IMG/VR virus record: IMGVR_UViG_2909303794_000003
DNA from: a virus
Lineage: Duplodnaviria; Heunggongvirae; Uroviricota; Caudoviricetes
Reading direction: 5' to 3' (one strand)
Length of the DNA stretch: 10,545 nucleotides
Within the stretch, counting starts at the first letter, position 1. The number at the start of each line of letters is the position of its first letter. A program made the translations under genes and the position numbers. The notes under the pieces were generated by a model. That model ran no database searches and had not been told where the DNA came from. It saw only the letters and a list, made by a program, of their open reading frames with translations. Positions 9,603-10,545 of this stretch are shown here, piece by piece.

Positions 9603-10283
9603 TTTTGTCTCTCTAAACAATACTCGCCATGAAGTAAGCCATGTTGAAGGGAGGATTTGGGTAAGTGCGAAGGCTGGTATGAAACTCAAATTATGAAATT
9701 CCCAATTCTTCTTGCGTGCCATACCACTTACATCTTGACATATGTTAATCATTTTATCGCTAATGATAATAAAGTTGTAGTAATGTGTTATACATTGTTC
9801 AAGTTCTTTAGACTTGTCTGGATGTACTTCAATGTTCCAAACTCGTAATATATCTAATTGCGATTTCAATTTAATCAGATGATCTTTATAATCAGCATGC
9901 AAGTCATTTACCTTAGAGTTTTTGCTTTGGTACTCTTTATCGGTGATGTTAAGATCTTTATTTCCTAACATTTCATACATATCATTGATATAAGTATGTA
10001 ATATTTCCGCCTTTACTTTCGCTTCAATAAAGTAACTGATATAAACGTTTGCTTGTTCAAAACCTTTTTCATTAAGTTTTGAATCTAACCATCTATAAAC
10101 TTTAAAAACTGTGATGAGTGCTATTACTGCCATTATAGTATCCATGATTGCTGATGTAGTAGAGCTATCATATCCATGAAGTAATAGTAAATCGGTGTAA
10201 ATTGGTATTAATGCACCAATAGCAAGACATGCAATATGTGAAAATCTTATTTCATTTCTGATTTTTTTTAAAATCACTTTCAA
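9585..10283 (-). CDS. AT-rich two-TM membrane protein with ~165-aa helical C-terminal domain, 232 aa; candidate moron (exclusion/abortive-infection-like)
   Basis: The only long ORF in this stretch. It starts at TTG (10283) or GTG (10277, 9 nt from an AGGGA SD-like box), and the first internal Met is about 47 codons in. TM1 is FSHIACLAIGALIPIYTDLLLL and TM2 is AIMDTIMAVIALITVFKVY. Seven 60-nt lines counted inside it gave 27-32% G+C. No family recognised. Confidence 0.7.
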   Translation of the reverse strand: MKVILKKIRNEIRFSHIACLAIGALIPIYTDLLLLHGYDSSTTSAIMDTIMAVIALITVFKVYRWLDSKLNEKGFEQANVYISYFIEAKVKAEILHTYINDMYEMLGNKDLNITDKEYQSKNSKVNDLHADYKDHLIKLKSQLDILRVWNIEVHPDKSKELEQCITHYYNFIIISDKMINICQDVSGMARKKNWEFHNLSFIPAFALTQILPSTWLTSWRVLFRETKSTPTD

Positions 10284-10305
10284 AGCATCCCTATGAAATT
10301 ATTGG

Positions 10306-10330
10306 AAAGCCTGTATATAGCACAGGCTTT
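10306..10330 (-). terminator. terminator-like hairpin between the two minus-strand genes
   Basis: AAAGCCTGT (10306-10314) pairs with ACAGGCTTT (10322-10330) with a 7-nt loop. It starts 6 nt downstream (minus sense) of the stop of the 10336-10545 gene. The A/T tracts form part of the stem and the trailing U-tract on the minus strand is weak. Confidence 0.45.
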
Positions 10331-10335
10331 TATTG

Positions 10336-10545
10336 TTACCAATCCCAATCAATAGTAGTATCCAAATCACGCAAGTTAGTATGTTCTGTGCGAGTCGCTA
10401 CGAGAACAACATCACCAGTTTCTTTCGAAACAATATCAAAAACTTCAATTTCCGTTTGGCCCATTGTACCTTTCGTTCTAAAACTCTTTCTGACGTAAGT
10501 GTATTTTTCTTTTGGATAATTACTTTCAAATAATGCTTCATTCAT
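10336..10545 (-). CDS. hypothetical protein, 69 aa
   Basis: The ATG sits at the window edge (10545-10543), with stop TAA at 10338-10336. Sequence is MNEALFESNYPKEKYTYVRKSFRTKGTMGQTEIEVFDIVSKETGDVVLVATRTEHTNLRDLDTTIDWDW. G+C is about 39% (two lines counted), like the backbone. The upstream region is not visible, so the start is unverified. Confidence 0.55.
   Translation of the reverse strand: MNEALFESNYPKEKYTYVRKSFRTKGTMGQTEIEVFDIVSKETGDVVLVATRTEHTNLRDLDTTIDWDW

Noticed and set aside
8310-10533. Antisense or overlapping track ORFs 8310..8495(-), 8986..9183(-), 9657..9848(+) and 10333..10533(+)
   Set aside because: Each is antisense to, or nested in, a better-supported gene. They lack SD sequences and give implausible Cys/Phe/Ile-rich translations typical of AT-rich shadow frames.

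Overview
The window is a segment of a tailed phage or prophage, about 41% G+C by spot counts of 60-nt lines, carrying one complete IS2. Nearly every gene call rests on motifs read by eye, with no database search. Left to right: (a) 1-991 holds small early or regulatory-type genes. These are a 125-aa hypothetical, a 59-aa two-TM peptide whose SD sits inside an 11-bp hairpin, a 50-aa ribbon-helix-helix ORF missing from the supplied track, and a dense cluster of AGTACT palindromes. (b) 992-2322 is a full-length 1331-bp IS2 with intact insC/insD, the A6G frameshift site and both terminal inverted repeats. It has no 5-bp target duplication. It cuts an ORF stub on its left and joins out of phase to a 3' gene remnant on its right. 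(c) 2324-7176 is a distal-tail module: the remnant, a Cys-peptidase-like protein, a 1067-aa host-specificity protein (gpI-like N-terminus fused to a J-like body with three FN3-like repeats), and two downstream paralogous proteins. (d) 7214-9602 holds a membrane-anchored coiled-coil protein and a GH24 lysozyme alone on the minus strand, bracketed by a bidirectional terminator and a perfect 12-bp inverted repeat. A Seg-like GIY-YIG protein, two hypotheticals and a GTA-type 3-TM holin-like protein follow. (e) 9585-10545 holds two minus-strand genes, one of which is an AT-rich (about 29% G+C) two-TM protein with a non-ATG start. The strongest leads are: roughly 12-fold over-representation of the palindrome AGTACT in the phage backbone only; the AT-rich two-TM gene as a candidate exclusion or defence gene; the IS2 as a rearrangement breakpoint rather than a simple insertion; and the small-peptide, RHH and palindrome region. 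No tRNA, rRNA or CRISPR array was seen.
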